Source: Octopus sinensis | Lineage: Eukaryota | Assembly: GCF_006345805.1 (NCBI RefSeq) | Contig: NC_043008.1 | Span: 63,922,001-63,986,000, forward strand | DNA length: 64,000 nt | Reading direction: 5' to 3' | Shown: positions 13,914 through 24,532 of the stretch, piece after piece | Position numbering within the stretch: the first letter of the stretch is position 1 | How the letters are laid out: each line of letters begins with the position of its first letter | Program-made: the position numbers and the translations under genes | Notes under the pieces: generated by a model | Database searches by the model: none | What the model saw: the letters and a program-made list of their open reading frames with translations, nothing else | What the model was told of the DNA's origin: nothing

Positions 13914-14016
13914 GTCTTTTACTGATGAAGTGTACCTATGGTAGATTGGCTTAATTTAATTTAATTAAGCTAATTTAATCATTAATGACACAGAAACGTT
14001 GCAACGTCTAAAAGAT
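13914..14016 (+). ncRNA. Type I hammerhead ribozyme motif, copy 1 (predicted cleavage after C14008)
   Basis: Stem I GTCTTTTA/TAAAAGAT; core CTGATGA at 13922-13928; stem II GTGT...ACAC with a long hairpin; GAAA at 13993-13996; stem III ACGT-TGCA-ACGT; GTC cleavage triplet. Confidence 0.8.
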
Positions 14017-14388
14017 GAATTAGGGTAAATGTTTTTTAAATTTTCACCTAATTTCTGAATTACTATTACTTGGCGGTGTGAGTTATGGCTGCTCTTTCTG
14101 GTGGACGAGTGACCTGTTGGGGTCACTCCTAAATTGTTATATTTATATATTTAGTCGATGACTATTTTCTCTTTTCCATCAGGCCGCTGGTAGCGATAAA
14201 TTTCTATTGAATTTTTTTGCTACCCTAAATTGACTAATTGATAATTTTCTGATAATTCTGAGATTGAATCGGCAGTTTATATTTACTGTTGATAAGTTTG
14301 GCGCGAATACGTCAGTCTTGAAAATTTTAAGTCAGATATCCCGTAGGCATCGATACAGACGCCTCGTGTATATTTGTCTCTCTCCCAG

Positions 14389-14492
14389 GTCTTTTACTGA
14401 TGAAGTGTAACCTATGGTAGATTGGCTTAATTTAATTTAATTAAGCTAATTTAATCATTAATGACACAGAAACGTTGCAACGTCTAAAAGAT
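14389..14492 (+). ncRNA. Type I hammerhead ribozyme motif, copy 2 (predicted cleavage after C14484)
   Basis: Same motif as copy 1; cleavage site is 476 nt downstream of the copy 1 site. Confidence 0.8.
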
Positions 14493-14859
14493 GAATTAGG
14501 GTAAATGTTTTTTAAATTTTCACCTAATTTCTGAATTACTATTACTTGTGGCGTGTGAGTTATGGCTGCTCTTTCTGGTGGACGAGTGACCTGTTGGGGT
14601 CACTCCTAAATTGTTATATTTATATTTTAGTCGATGACTATTTTCTCTTTTCCATCAGGCCGCTGGTAGCGATAAATTTCTATTGAATTTTTTTGCTACC
14701 CTAAATTGACTAATTGATAATTTTCTGAATAATTCTGAGATTGAATCGGCATTTATATTTACTGTTGATAAGTTTGGCGCGAATACGTCAGTCTTGAAAA
14801 TTTTAAGTCAGATATCCCGTAGGCATCGATACAGACCCTCGTGTATTTGTCTCTCCCAG

Positions 14860-14963
14860 GTCTTTTACTGATGAAGTGTAACCTATGGTAGATTGGCTTA
14901 ATTTAATTTAATTAAGCTAATTTAATCATTAATGACACAGAAACGTTGCAACGTCTAAAAGAT
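14860..14963 (+). ncRNA. Type I hammerhead ribozyme motif, copy 3 (predicted cleavage after C14955)
   Basis: Same motif; cleavage site is 471 nt downstream of the copy 2 site. Confidence 0.8.
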
Positions 14964-16217
14964 GAATTAGGGTAAATGTTTTTTAAATTTTCACCTAATT
15001 TCTGATTACTATTACTTGGCGGTGTGAGTTATGGCTGCTCTTTCTGGTGGACGAGTGACCTGTGGGGTCACTCCTAAATTGTTATTTTATATATTTAGTC
15101 GATGACTTTTTCTCTTTTCCATCAGGCCACTGGTAGCGATAAATTTCTATTGAATTTTTTTGCTACCCTAAATTGACTAATATATATATATATATATGTG
15201 CATGTGTGTGTATATTTTTGTGTGTCTGTGTTTGTCCCCCCAACATCGCTTGACAACCGATGCTGGTGTGTTTATGTCCACGTAACTTAGCAGTTCGGCA
15301 AAAGAGACCGATAGAATAAGTACTAGGCTTACAAAGAATAAGTCCTGGGGGCGATTTGCTCGACTAAAGGTGGTGCTCCAGCATGGCCGCAGTCAAATGA
15401 CTGAAACAAGTAAAAGAGTAAATGAGTAAAAAAGTTGAAGTAGTGCATAATGTCCATCTGTGGAAAGTAAACTAAAGCGAAGCAGATACTTAAAGAGAGG
15501 TAGAATTTGAACCATTAAACTAGGTTATTGTAGAGCATTGTTAATACCACTCAGCCAAAATTAAATTGACTGAGGACATTGCAATTTAAAGCTATACATA
15601 CAGATTGATATATTTGCAAACCAAATATTTACTCTACAATTTGATAAAATACTTTTTATTGTTTACTCTTTAGTCAATATCAACATTAGAATTATTGTTT
15701 AGTATAAAGTCAATAAGAACATTATTGATTTCCAATTAATCAATATGAACCTTGTTGTTTAACAGCTTAATCAATGGACATATTGTTTTGCATCAAAATC
15801 TGCTGGGGTTTTTTGTTTATTTTATTTCAACTTTTTGACTATTTTTTTTTTTATAAATATTTCCCTTAGAGGTGGGCTCTGAGTTTCATATACTCCATTT
15901 GCATCTGTGTTAAACCTTTTCATTTTTATCAAATTCAAAATCAAATGAGCTATTATTGAAACAATATTTTTCAGAAATAGACTATAAAATAAAATGAATA
16001 AAAAAAAAAGTTTTAGATATTTTCATTGATGTTAGGAAGTTTTATGTTTCATTTAGTTTAAATGAATAAAATGAAAACACCATCAGAGTTAACATATTTG
16101 TTGAAAGATACAGTATGTAGAATGAGAAGAAAGTATTGAAGTTAAGAAAATATCATGGCATTCATATATATATATATATATCGTGAAGTATATCTCGCTC
16201 AGAGATTTATTAATGCT

Positions 16218-16269
<52 letters not shown>

Positions 16270-16404
16270 CTAACTATCTCCCTCACTAGTTAGCTAGCTT
16301 CAGCTCTCTCTCTCTCTCTCTCTCCCTATATATATGTGTGTGTGTGTGTGTGTGTGAACGTATGTTTGTGTCTATATATCTATATATCTCTCTCTTTATA
16401 TATA

Positions 16405-16640
16405 TATTTCGTTTTTGGATTTGGTTTGCAAGATTCTTTGTGTGAGTTTGTGTGTTGAAGCATATTCTGTTGTGTCATACGAGAGTCATTTTCTTTTTGT
16501 GCCTTATAAATTAAGAGTCAAGTCTATTGAAAAGGTTGCAAGGAAAATTTTAGGAAAATAAAAATAAGAAATAAGTGGAAATTTTACTGGTGAGTGTGTT
16601 AAATTATAAGGCACAAAAAGAAAATGAATCTCCCCAGAGA
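16405..16640. repeat. Interspersed repeat with internal inverted repeat; better-preserved copy at 57600-57866
   Basis: Shares tttcgtttttggatttggtttgcaagattc and ggtgagtgtgttaaattataaggcac with 57600-57866, where ~60-bp arms are inverted. Confidence 0.6.
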
Positions 16641-16895
16641 GTGATGAATTATATGGTTATTGACTATTTGTCTATTTTCGGCATATTTAGCATTAGAATT
16701 TTTTTTTTTGCCCTTGTTTATAAGTTGTTTATAAATTTAACATTTAAAGGTATTTTTTAATATGCTGGCCATTGATAGAATTTGTTTGGAAAAATTTTAT
16801 CATATATTTGATATATATATATATATATATATAGTCACAACAAATATTTAGAAACTGCCAGAGAACATGAAATATCTCTTCTTTTGGAAGGTTTA

Positions 16896-17127
16896 CCTCA
16901 AAGCAGATAAAGCTTTAAATGTTAGTATGTAATTAATAGATTTAAAAAAAATATTCTGAAGGTTGCTGGTGAGAATCAAACCCACATCTCCAGTGAGCAT
17001 GACAGGTTACTACAGGAGATGTGGATGTGGGTTCAAGTGCCATGAGCAACCTCCAAAATTTTCTGTCTATAGGGCTTTTTAGTGTATTATTTACACATTA
17101 TTGTTTATAGCTTTATCTGCTTTGAGT
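16896..17127. mobile_element. MITE with TA flanks
   Basis: TIRs ctcaaagcagataaagct / agctttatctgctttgag plus an inner inverted repeat aacccacatc / gatgtgggtt. Confidence 0.6.
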
Positions 17128-17154
17128 TAAATCATTCTAAAAATAATTTATATA

Positions 17155-17321
17155 TAGGCGCAGGAGTGGCTGTGTGGTAAATAGCTTGCTAACCAGCCAC
17201 ATGGTTCCGGGTTCAGTCCCACTGCGTGGCATCTTGGACAAGTGTCTTCTGCTATAGCCCCGGGCCAACCAATGCCTTGTCAGTGGATTTGGTAGACGGA
17301 AACTGAAAGAAGCCTGTCGTA

Positions 17322-17384
<63 letters not shown>

Positions 17385-17604
17385 TGTGTGTGTGTGTGTG
17401 TATGTGTTTGTGTGTCTATGTTTGTCCCCCTAGCATTGCTTGACAACCGATGCTGGTGTGTTTACGTCTCCGTCACTTAGCGGTTTGGCAAAAGAACCGA
17501 TAGAATAAGTACTGGGCTGACAAAGAATAAGTCCCGGGGTCGACTTGCTCGACTAAAGGCGGTGCTTCAGTCAAATGACTGAAACAAGTAAAAGAGTAAA
17601 AGAG
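17155..17604 (+). mobile_element. SINE family A, full length
   Basis: tRNA-like head, central (AT)n(GT)n, tail aaacaagtaaaagagtaaaagag. Confidence 0.85.
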
Positions 17605-17662
17605 TATATATATCACTTGTTAAGGTTATCTCTACAGATATTCTATACAAATTTTAACCAGC

Positions 17663-17960
17663 ATAGGCGTAGGAGTGGCTGTGTGGTAAGTAGCTTGCTT
17701 ATGAACCACATGGTCCCGGGTTCAGTCCCACTGCGTGACATCTTGGGCAAGTGTCTTTAACTATAGCCTCAGGCTGACCAAAGCCTTGTGAGTGGATTTG
17801 GTAGATGGAAACTGAAAGAAACCTGTCGAATATACATATATATATGTGTGTGTTTGTGTCTGTGTTTGTCCCCCAACATCGTTTGACAACCGATGCTTGT
17901 GTGTTTACGTCCCCGTAACTCAGCAGTTCAGCAAAAGAGACCGATAGAATAAGTACTATA
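17663..17960 (+). mobile_element. SINE family A, 3'-truncated
   Basis: Homology to 17155-17604. Confidence 0.8.
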
Positions 17961-18394
17961 AAAAAATTCCCAGGTTTAATCTTTTCATGTTTGTGTAATT
18001 TAGGCCCCATATAACACATATATTTGGTGACCTAGTATTAAAAATAATAAAGAAAACGAAATCTGTTTGTTTCACATAATTTCAAGTTTATAAGTCCGTT
18101 GCAGAACATAAGGATATAAATTTTAGAATTTTAACACATTTTCTTATGAAGAATTTTGCAAAAGAAAATTAGGTCGTAACAATGAATATAAAAAAATGAT
18201 ATGAGGAATGGCAAACGTGTTATAAATTGATTTTTCGCTCAGTATTCAAAATTTAAAGTGGGCTGCAGAGCCTGAAGATGTAAATTTTATAACTTCATTT
18301 TATAACTTCATTTTATAACACAGTGGTTTTTAAAGGATTTCTTGAAAACATATTTTGAAAATCTTTGTAAAAAGTACCTTTTCGCTCCACCCTT

Positions 18395-18472
18395 ATGTAT
18401 GTATGTATGTATGTATGTATGTATGTATGTATGTATGTATGTATGGATGGATGGATGGATGGATGGATAGAT

Positions 18473-18532
<60 letters not shown>

Positions 18533-18550
18533 TGATAGATAGATAGATAA
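18395..18550. repeat. Compound tetranucleotide microsatellite (ATGT)n(ATGG)n(ATAG)n
   Basis: Read directly from the sequence. Confidence 0.95.
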
Positions 18551-18590
18551 AGTGTGCATGTGTGTGTGAGGGAGGGAGTCCATGTATATG

Positions 18591-19620
18591 TAGTGGTGGA
18601 CATGGTTCTGCTAATCCATTAATCCGCTAACAGCTTCTTAGCAAAGCTAACTTTTTGCTTAGCAGATTAGCTTTTTTGCTAACTTTGGAAACCATTGGCA
18701 GACCAATTAGCTTCCAGTTAATTTAGTCCCACCAACTTTAAGTCCGATAACAAAATTCATACATTTGTTCTGTCTGTAAGGGCCATGCCTCAAAGAGTCC
18801 GTCAGCTGACCCTGTGTACATGTGACAAGACATAATTGGTCAATACAACACTTAGCTGAGCAGTATTGTGTAATTCTGCAGTTTTGAGTTGTGTTCACTC
18901 ATGATGTCACATCACAGACAGTCTTACAGTGTCGGCGATAGCAGTGTACATTATCAACTTATCAAGTTATTATTATGGAAGGTGAAGATGATTTTGCTTG
19001 GCCTAAGGATGAAGGGCCAGTTGAGGCGTCTACAACAGATATGAGTGAGGCAGTGGTCAGTCAGGTTGAGAGCCAGGAGCCTCAGAATCCGTGGCCCCAC
19101 CTGGAGGACAATTCTGTCTTTACATAAAGAGATAATAAGAACGCCAAAATTTTGTACTTCCAGTGCGTCATGTACCAGCCCAAGGAGAACACCATCAGGG
19201 GACAAGCAGCAAGCCTCTCCACTTTGAAGTTGCATGTCAAGAGGAAACACCCAGTACATGCCATCCAGTTTAAGGAGAGGATCAAACCAAACCCAAGCTA
19301 AATTCATATGACAAAAGGAGAGGAGGAATTCCAAGGCACAGAACTTGGTGAAGACCTGGCTGGGGGCCAAATCAAAGAAGGTCCCGACTAAAGTCGCCTT
19401 TTTGGGTGAGCAGGTCTTGATCGACATGTTTACTAAGTATAACACCACCATCCCATCCAGGGCTGCAGTTGAGTGCCTATTCTCTAAAGCCAAATATATT
19501 TTGAGGGCCAAGAGAGCCATCCTATCAGAGAGCAACTTTGAGAGGCTGACGTTTGTGTGTGTGTTTTGGGGGAGCATGGGCCATGAAGAGAAGTAATTGT
19601 AAAGGGTTGCATTCTGAGTC
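18591..19620 (+). mobile_element. Internally deleted hAT transposon (BED-finger and dimerization-domain remnants)
   Basis: From ATG 19041: WPHLED...FQCVMYQPKENTIRGQAASLSTLKLHVKRKHP (BED-like). ORF 19345-19596 reads FTKYNTTIPSRAAVECLFSKAKYILRAKRAILSESNFERL (hAT C-terminus). Right TIR not seen. Confidence 0.7.
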
Positions 19621-20246
19621 AAGAATAAAGGACTGGTTGAAGTGTTTGGACATATAATGGAATCATTAATAAAAAAAAAGGGTATAAAGTAAAATCTGAA
19701 AGAGGAAACAGAGTAAGGAAGGTGGCAGGAGGAAAGACAGATGAGTTGAATGGACCCATAAAAGTAAATATATGTAATTACTTAATTTGGTGTATCAAAA
19801 CCTATTACAGAATCAGCAGGAAGGCTAGTCAAGAAACCAGTAGGTTTGCATGGGGATGATATATGTAGTTATTTATTTGAGAGTATAGAAGGCTATGGTA
19901 GGAATGGTAAAAAGACAGAGAGAAGAATAAGTGTATGTGAGCCAGAGGCTGATGTTTGTTATTGAGTTATTCTTTTATTATTAGTTTAAATTCCTGCTTT
20001 TCTCCTGAAAGTCGGCTGAGATGCTGCATGATGTTTGTGTACGTGCATGTTTATAACAGCAAGCTTGTCATTCCAGCTATCAAGGTAAACATCTAATGTG
20101 AGTCTTATGTAAGCTTTCTAGAGGGAATTATTGAGTGGGTTGAATGAACTTGATCTGGGGAAGTTAAACAGAGCTGAGACCAGGTCGATCAATTAGATCA
20201 AGGCCATGTTTACCTCATTTTTTTCTAATGTTAACTTTCATGATAA

Positions 20247-20641
20247 ATCTCTCTCTATATAAAGCTGAAGTTGTCTGTGCATGGCAGGTTTGGTAGCCTT
20301 CAACTAACACTATCTCCTCCGAGACCCTTTGGCGCAAGTTCACCAAAATTGAGAGTATGATAGAAGAAGGCTTGCTCTTTCTTCCGTAGAAGAAACAATT
20401 CAAATTGGACCATGTTAACACCAAAAATTATTTACATCAAAAAGGTGCTTATTTTCTATGAAAATAACTAATTTTTACGATTTTTTTACTATTGTGTCGC
20501 CATTTTTCGGTGTATTTCAACCAGAAAAATGTTTCCTTAAAGATAATAACAAGGTACATAATGCAAAATTTATACTTTTCAAAAATTTCAATTCTAAAGA
20601 GTTGGAATAAACCCAAGCAACGTGGGGCGATACGGCTAGTA
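20247..20641 (-). mobile_element. Non-autonomous Helitron/Helentron-like element
   Basis: Reverse strand starts tactagccgtatcgccccacgttgcttggg, matching the terminus of the 1826 element. Confidence 0.55.
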
Positions 20642-21330
20642 AAAAATACAAGTGATCTATATAAAGGATTGATAGCTCACTTGTGTTCAGTCGAGGTACA
20701 CCAGAGAAAGATGAATGCACAAATATAAACAAAAGATGCAAATGGATGGTGTGTTGAGTAAAAGTTTAATATGTCCTAAGAGAACATGTATAGCAGATAT
20801 TTTTAATCATTGTATTATGTCAGACTTACATAAAAGAAAGATATATTGCTATTAATTTTTTCATTTCTTTGATTTAGTTTCGTGGAAAATTACCAACATT
20901 GAGAAATTATATTCCTTCAGATTTTCATCAAAGTAATTAGATTGCAAGCTGAAGGAACATTATTACATGCAGGGATCTAAATATATCTATGCTGACAAAA
21001 GCTAATCTTATGATAAAGGTGGTACAGTATTTTATTTATTCATCAACAATTATTTTATAAAGTTAATAGATTTTCTCTTCTGTCCTTGAAATAAAGTTTA
21101 GTTTCATTTTAGAAAGAATTTTCTATCAAGAAATTTTCTGTTGCACCATATATATATATATATATATTTTTTTAATCCAGTAAATTTTTCCTGATTTTTT
21201 TCTTCAATTTTTGAACTTAACGGTGCTTAATATCTCAAGTAGTGAATGAGAATATGTTTATAGTATTTATTAATGATTTATTTATTATTATTAATTTATT
21301 AATCATGAAGTCATGTACATTTTTTTTATT

Positions 21331-21541
21331 CTTTTACTTGTTTCAGTCACTTGACTGCGGCCATGCTGGAGCACCACATTTAGTCGAGCAAATTGGCCCC
21401 AGGACTTATTCTTTGGTAGCCTAGTACTTATTCTGTCAGTCTCTTTTGCCAAACCACTAAGTTACAGGGACATAAATACACCAGCATCGGTTGTCAAGCG
21501 ATGTTGGGGGGACAAACACAAACACACAAACATATACACAC

Positions 21542-21578
<37 letters not shown>

Positions 21579-21731
21579 CGACAGGCTTCTTTCAGTTTCT
21601 TTCTACCAAAATCCACTCACAAGGCCTTGGTCAGCCTGAGGCTATAGTAGAAGACACTTCAGTGGAACTGAACCCAGAACCATGTGGTTGGTAAGCAAGC
21701 TACTTACCACACAGCCACTCCTGCGCCTGTA
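21331..21731 (-). mobile_element. SINE family A
   Basis: Reverse complement of family A. Confidence 0.85.
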
Positions 21732-22074
21732 CATATATGCAAAAACATTAATGTGTAACCACCTTAACTGTACTTAGCTTATATTTTCAGGTGAAAGGAC
21801 ATGATAACAGGTAAAAAACAACAACACACAAAGAATATAAACACAATGTATGCCAAAGACAATTATGTCATATCAACAAATTCCATACAACTGTGCAACA
21901 GTTATATTTTTGAGATTTTACACTGGATAAACTGCTTTTCTCAAAGTCCTTAGTTAATAACAGAATTGGTATTTAAAGAGAAAGCACTATAGATTTTTAA
22001 GCTCCAAAGACATTCAGCTTTGCTAAATATTCTAGCATTTTCAAAAACTATATACTATCCTCTATATACTATCA

Positions 22075-22405
22075 TCATCATCATCATCATTTAACATCCG
22101 CTTTCCATGCTAGCATGGGTTGGATGGTTCGCCCGGGGTCTGGGAGGCCAGGCGGCTGCACCAGGCTCCAGTCTGATCTGGCAGTGTTTCTACAGCTGGA
22201 TGCCCTTCCTAATGCCAACCACTCCGTGAATGTAGTGGGTGCTTTTTACGTGTCACTGGCACAGGGGCTAGAGGAAGCTGGCAAACAGCCACGATTGGTT
22301 GGTGCTTTTAAGTGTCACTGATACGGATGTCAGTCAGGTGGCGCTGGCATCTGCCACGTTCAGAAGGTGCTTTTTACGTGTCACTGGTATGGGTATCTTA
22401 ACTAC
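22075..22405 (-). mobile_element. RTE LINE 3'-UTR fragment with (GAT)n tail
   Basis: Matches the 3' UTR attached to RTE coding remnants at 62600-63410; similar fragments at 23465-23662, 50905-51118 and 58585-58920. Confidence 0.65.
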
Positions 22406-23901
22406 AATATGTGGTATAATTCACAGGTGTGCAGCTAGTTTTTGAATTGGGTCTGTATCTAGTGAGCCCCATCTCTATGTTACCCAATAATCATTGAACC
22501 AATAAATAACTGCAAAATAAAAAAATAAATAAAACAAAAATCTTAAAGTATAAAATTTTGTTTTATTTCATTTCATTTTATTTTATTCCATTTCTTTCAT
22601 TCCATACTCCCTTCACACACACAAAAAAAAAAATACCCTTTACTTGATCATCTGTTAACTTTATAAAGTAATTATTGAGGAAATAAATATAATTATGCAT
22701 GAGTTCCGTCATAAGATTAGGTTTAGATAATTTAGATCTCTACCTGCAATAATGTTCCTTCAGCTTGCAATCTAATTATTTTGATGAAAATTTAAAGGAA
22801 GATACTTTCTCAATGTCAGTAATTTCCATTGAGACTAAATCAAAGAAATGAAAAATTACAAGCAATACTTTTTTCTCTCTATTTACAAAATTCTCCATTT
22901 TTGTTTGAAAAACCTTCTTTTAGACAAACTCGGTGTTCATTCTTACGAAGAAAAAAGAGAGAGAAAAGAATGAAAGAGAATGAGAAAACAAAACAAGCTA
23001 AAATATTTAAATTCTTGGCTAAATTTAGCGCAGTTCTTTTATTCTCAAACTAAAGTGTAAAGGAACATATTTCATTTCATTTACAACAGTAAATAAAAAA
23101 ATGAAGAAAAGAAGTAAAGAAAGAACAAATCAGTCACTGAATAATCAAAATAGATTCATATACTCACCATAGAATTATACATCATACAAGGAGATAGTGA
23201 TGTTTCCCTCAAAATATTTGAGATATCTCTGAAACAGAGTATTACTATAAATTATTTCAAGGCTGAGGCACTGGGACAGATATTATCTCTTTCCAAATCA
23301 TCGTCTATTCATGAGATGAGGTACTAAAGATGTCACAAACATACTCGTTGGTGGTTCAACATCTTTTTATATCTTTTAGGCTACGGGTTGAAATTCACAG
23401 ATTGTGCTATTTCAGTGCTCAAATATTTTCAAAACAAAAAAAAAATTTCTATATAGAATGCCAGCTCTGTCTGGCACCTGTGCGGGTGGCACGTAAAAAG
23501 CACCCACTACACTCATGGAGTGGTTGGCGTTAGGAAGGGCATCCAGCCATAGAAACTCTGCCAGATTTGACTGGGCCTGATGAAGCCTTCTGGCTTCACA
23601 GACCCCAGTAGAACCGTCCAACCCATGCTAGCATGGAAAACGGACGCTAAACGATGATGATAATGAATAAAATAAATTTCAAAGCTTCTTTGACCAATTT
23701 TAAATAAAAGATTAATTAGTTATTCCTCAAATACATTGTCCACCCATGGAAGAACTGGAAAAAGAGACATCAAATAAATAAACAAATAGATATAAGCCTC
23801 AACACTGTTTTGCATGCCTCTAGTTAATTTATTCCAGCTTGAGCAAGCTTTGTTCATGTCGTCAAAAGCACTATTTGTTATTTAAATATAAGAATGGTTT
23901 A

Positions 23902-24532
23902 GGTGGCGTGATAGCAGAAACATTAGCACACCAGGAGAAATGCTTTGCGGTTTTTCATCTGTCTTTACATTCTGAGTTCAAATTCTGCCAAGGTTGACTT
24001 TGCCTTTCATCCTTTCGGAGTCGATAATTAAATACCAGTTACACACTGGGATCGATGTAATCAACTTAATCCATTTGTCTGTCCTTGTTTGTCCTCTCTG
24101 TGTTTAGCCCCTTGTGGGCAATAAAGAAATAAGAAATGGAGAAATTCGTTAAATATTCCTTGTGGGAAGTAGAGAAATAGGTATTTCGTCTGCCACTATG
24201 TTCGGAGTTCAAATTCCGCCTAGGTCGACTTTGCCTTTCATCCTTTCGGGGTCGATTAAATAAGTACCAGTTACGCACTGGGGTCGATATAATCTGTCTT
24301 TGTCTTTGTCTGTCTTTGTTTGGCCTCTCTGTGTTTAGCCCCTTGTGGGTAGTAAAGAAATAGGTATTTCATCTGTCTTTACATTCTGAGTTCAAATTCT
24401 GCCAAGGTCAACTAAGCCTTTCCTCCTTTCGGGGTCGATAAATTAAGTACCAGTTGTGTACTGGGGTTGATCTAATCGACTAACCCCATCCCTCAAAATT
24501 TCGGGCCTTGTGCCTAGATTAGAAAAGAATAT
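23902..24532 (+). mobile_element. Cluster of three SINE family B copies
   Basis: Repeated gagttcaaattc...gactttgcctttcatcctttcgg at about 23975, 24206 and 24387. Confidence 0.8.

Larger units (their letters stand above)
13441..15180 (+). mobile_element. Retrozyme-like / non-autonomous Penelope-like element: inverted partial unit (13441-13790) plus ~2.9 tandem ~475-bp units (starting ~13791, 14261, 14738), each with a hammerhead motif
   Basis: The agattgaatc anchor recurs at 13791, 14261 and 14738; copies differ mostly by small indels. The left arm is the reverse complement of 13790-14138. Flanked by (TA)n on both sides; no ORF of note. Confidence 0.8.
13233..15430 (+). mobile_element. tRNA-derived SINE (family A) split by the hammerhead element: head 13233-13400, tail 15198-15430
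   Basis: Head ggcgtaggagtggctgtgtggtaag...aagcccatcg and tail gtttgtcccccc...ctgaaacaagtaaaagag are contiguous around an (AT)n in intact copies such as 17155-17604. Confidence 0.85.

Noticed and set aside
14020-14026. TTAGGG telomeric hexamer in each unit
   Set aside because: A single hexamer, expected by chance; no telomeric tract.
14160-14190. Antisense hammerhead in the unit (CTGATGG on the minus strand)
   Set aside because: The core is CUGAUGG with no stem II/GAAA/stem III arrangement, so only one polarity per unit has a ribozyme.
13791-15180. CRISPR-like or satellite interpretation of the tandem array
   Set aside because: Units are full ~475-bp duplicates with no unique spacers, there are only ~3 copies, and the context is eukaryotic.
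13441-15180. Origin from a parasite or contaminant small DNA circle
   Set aside because: Not excluded, but clean nesting in a host SINE's (TA)n and the matching inverted+direct geometry at 32.2 kb favour a genuine retro-insertion.
23168-23228. 61-bp minus-strand exon candidate (DISNILRETSLSPCMMYNSM)
   Set aside because: Splice signals are plausible, but it is too short and has no linked exons to support a gene call.
23577-23600. CTGATGA followed by a hairpin in an RTE 3' UTR
   Set aside because: No GAAA or stem III follows.
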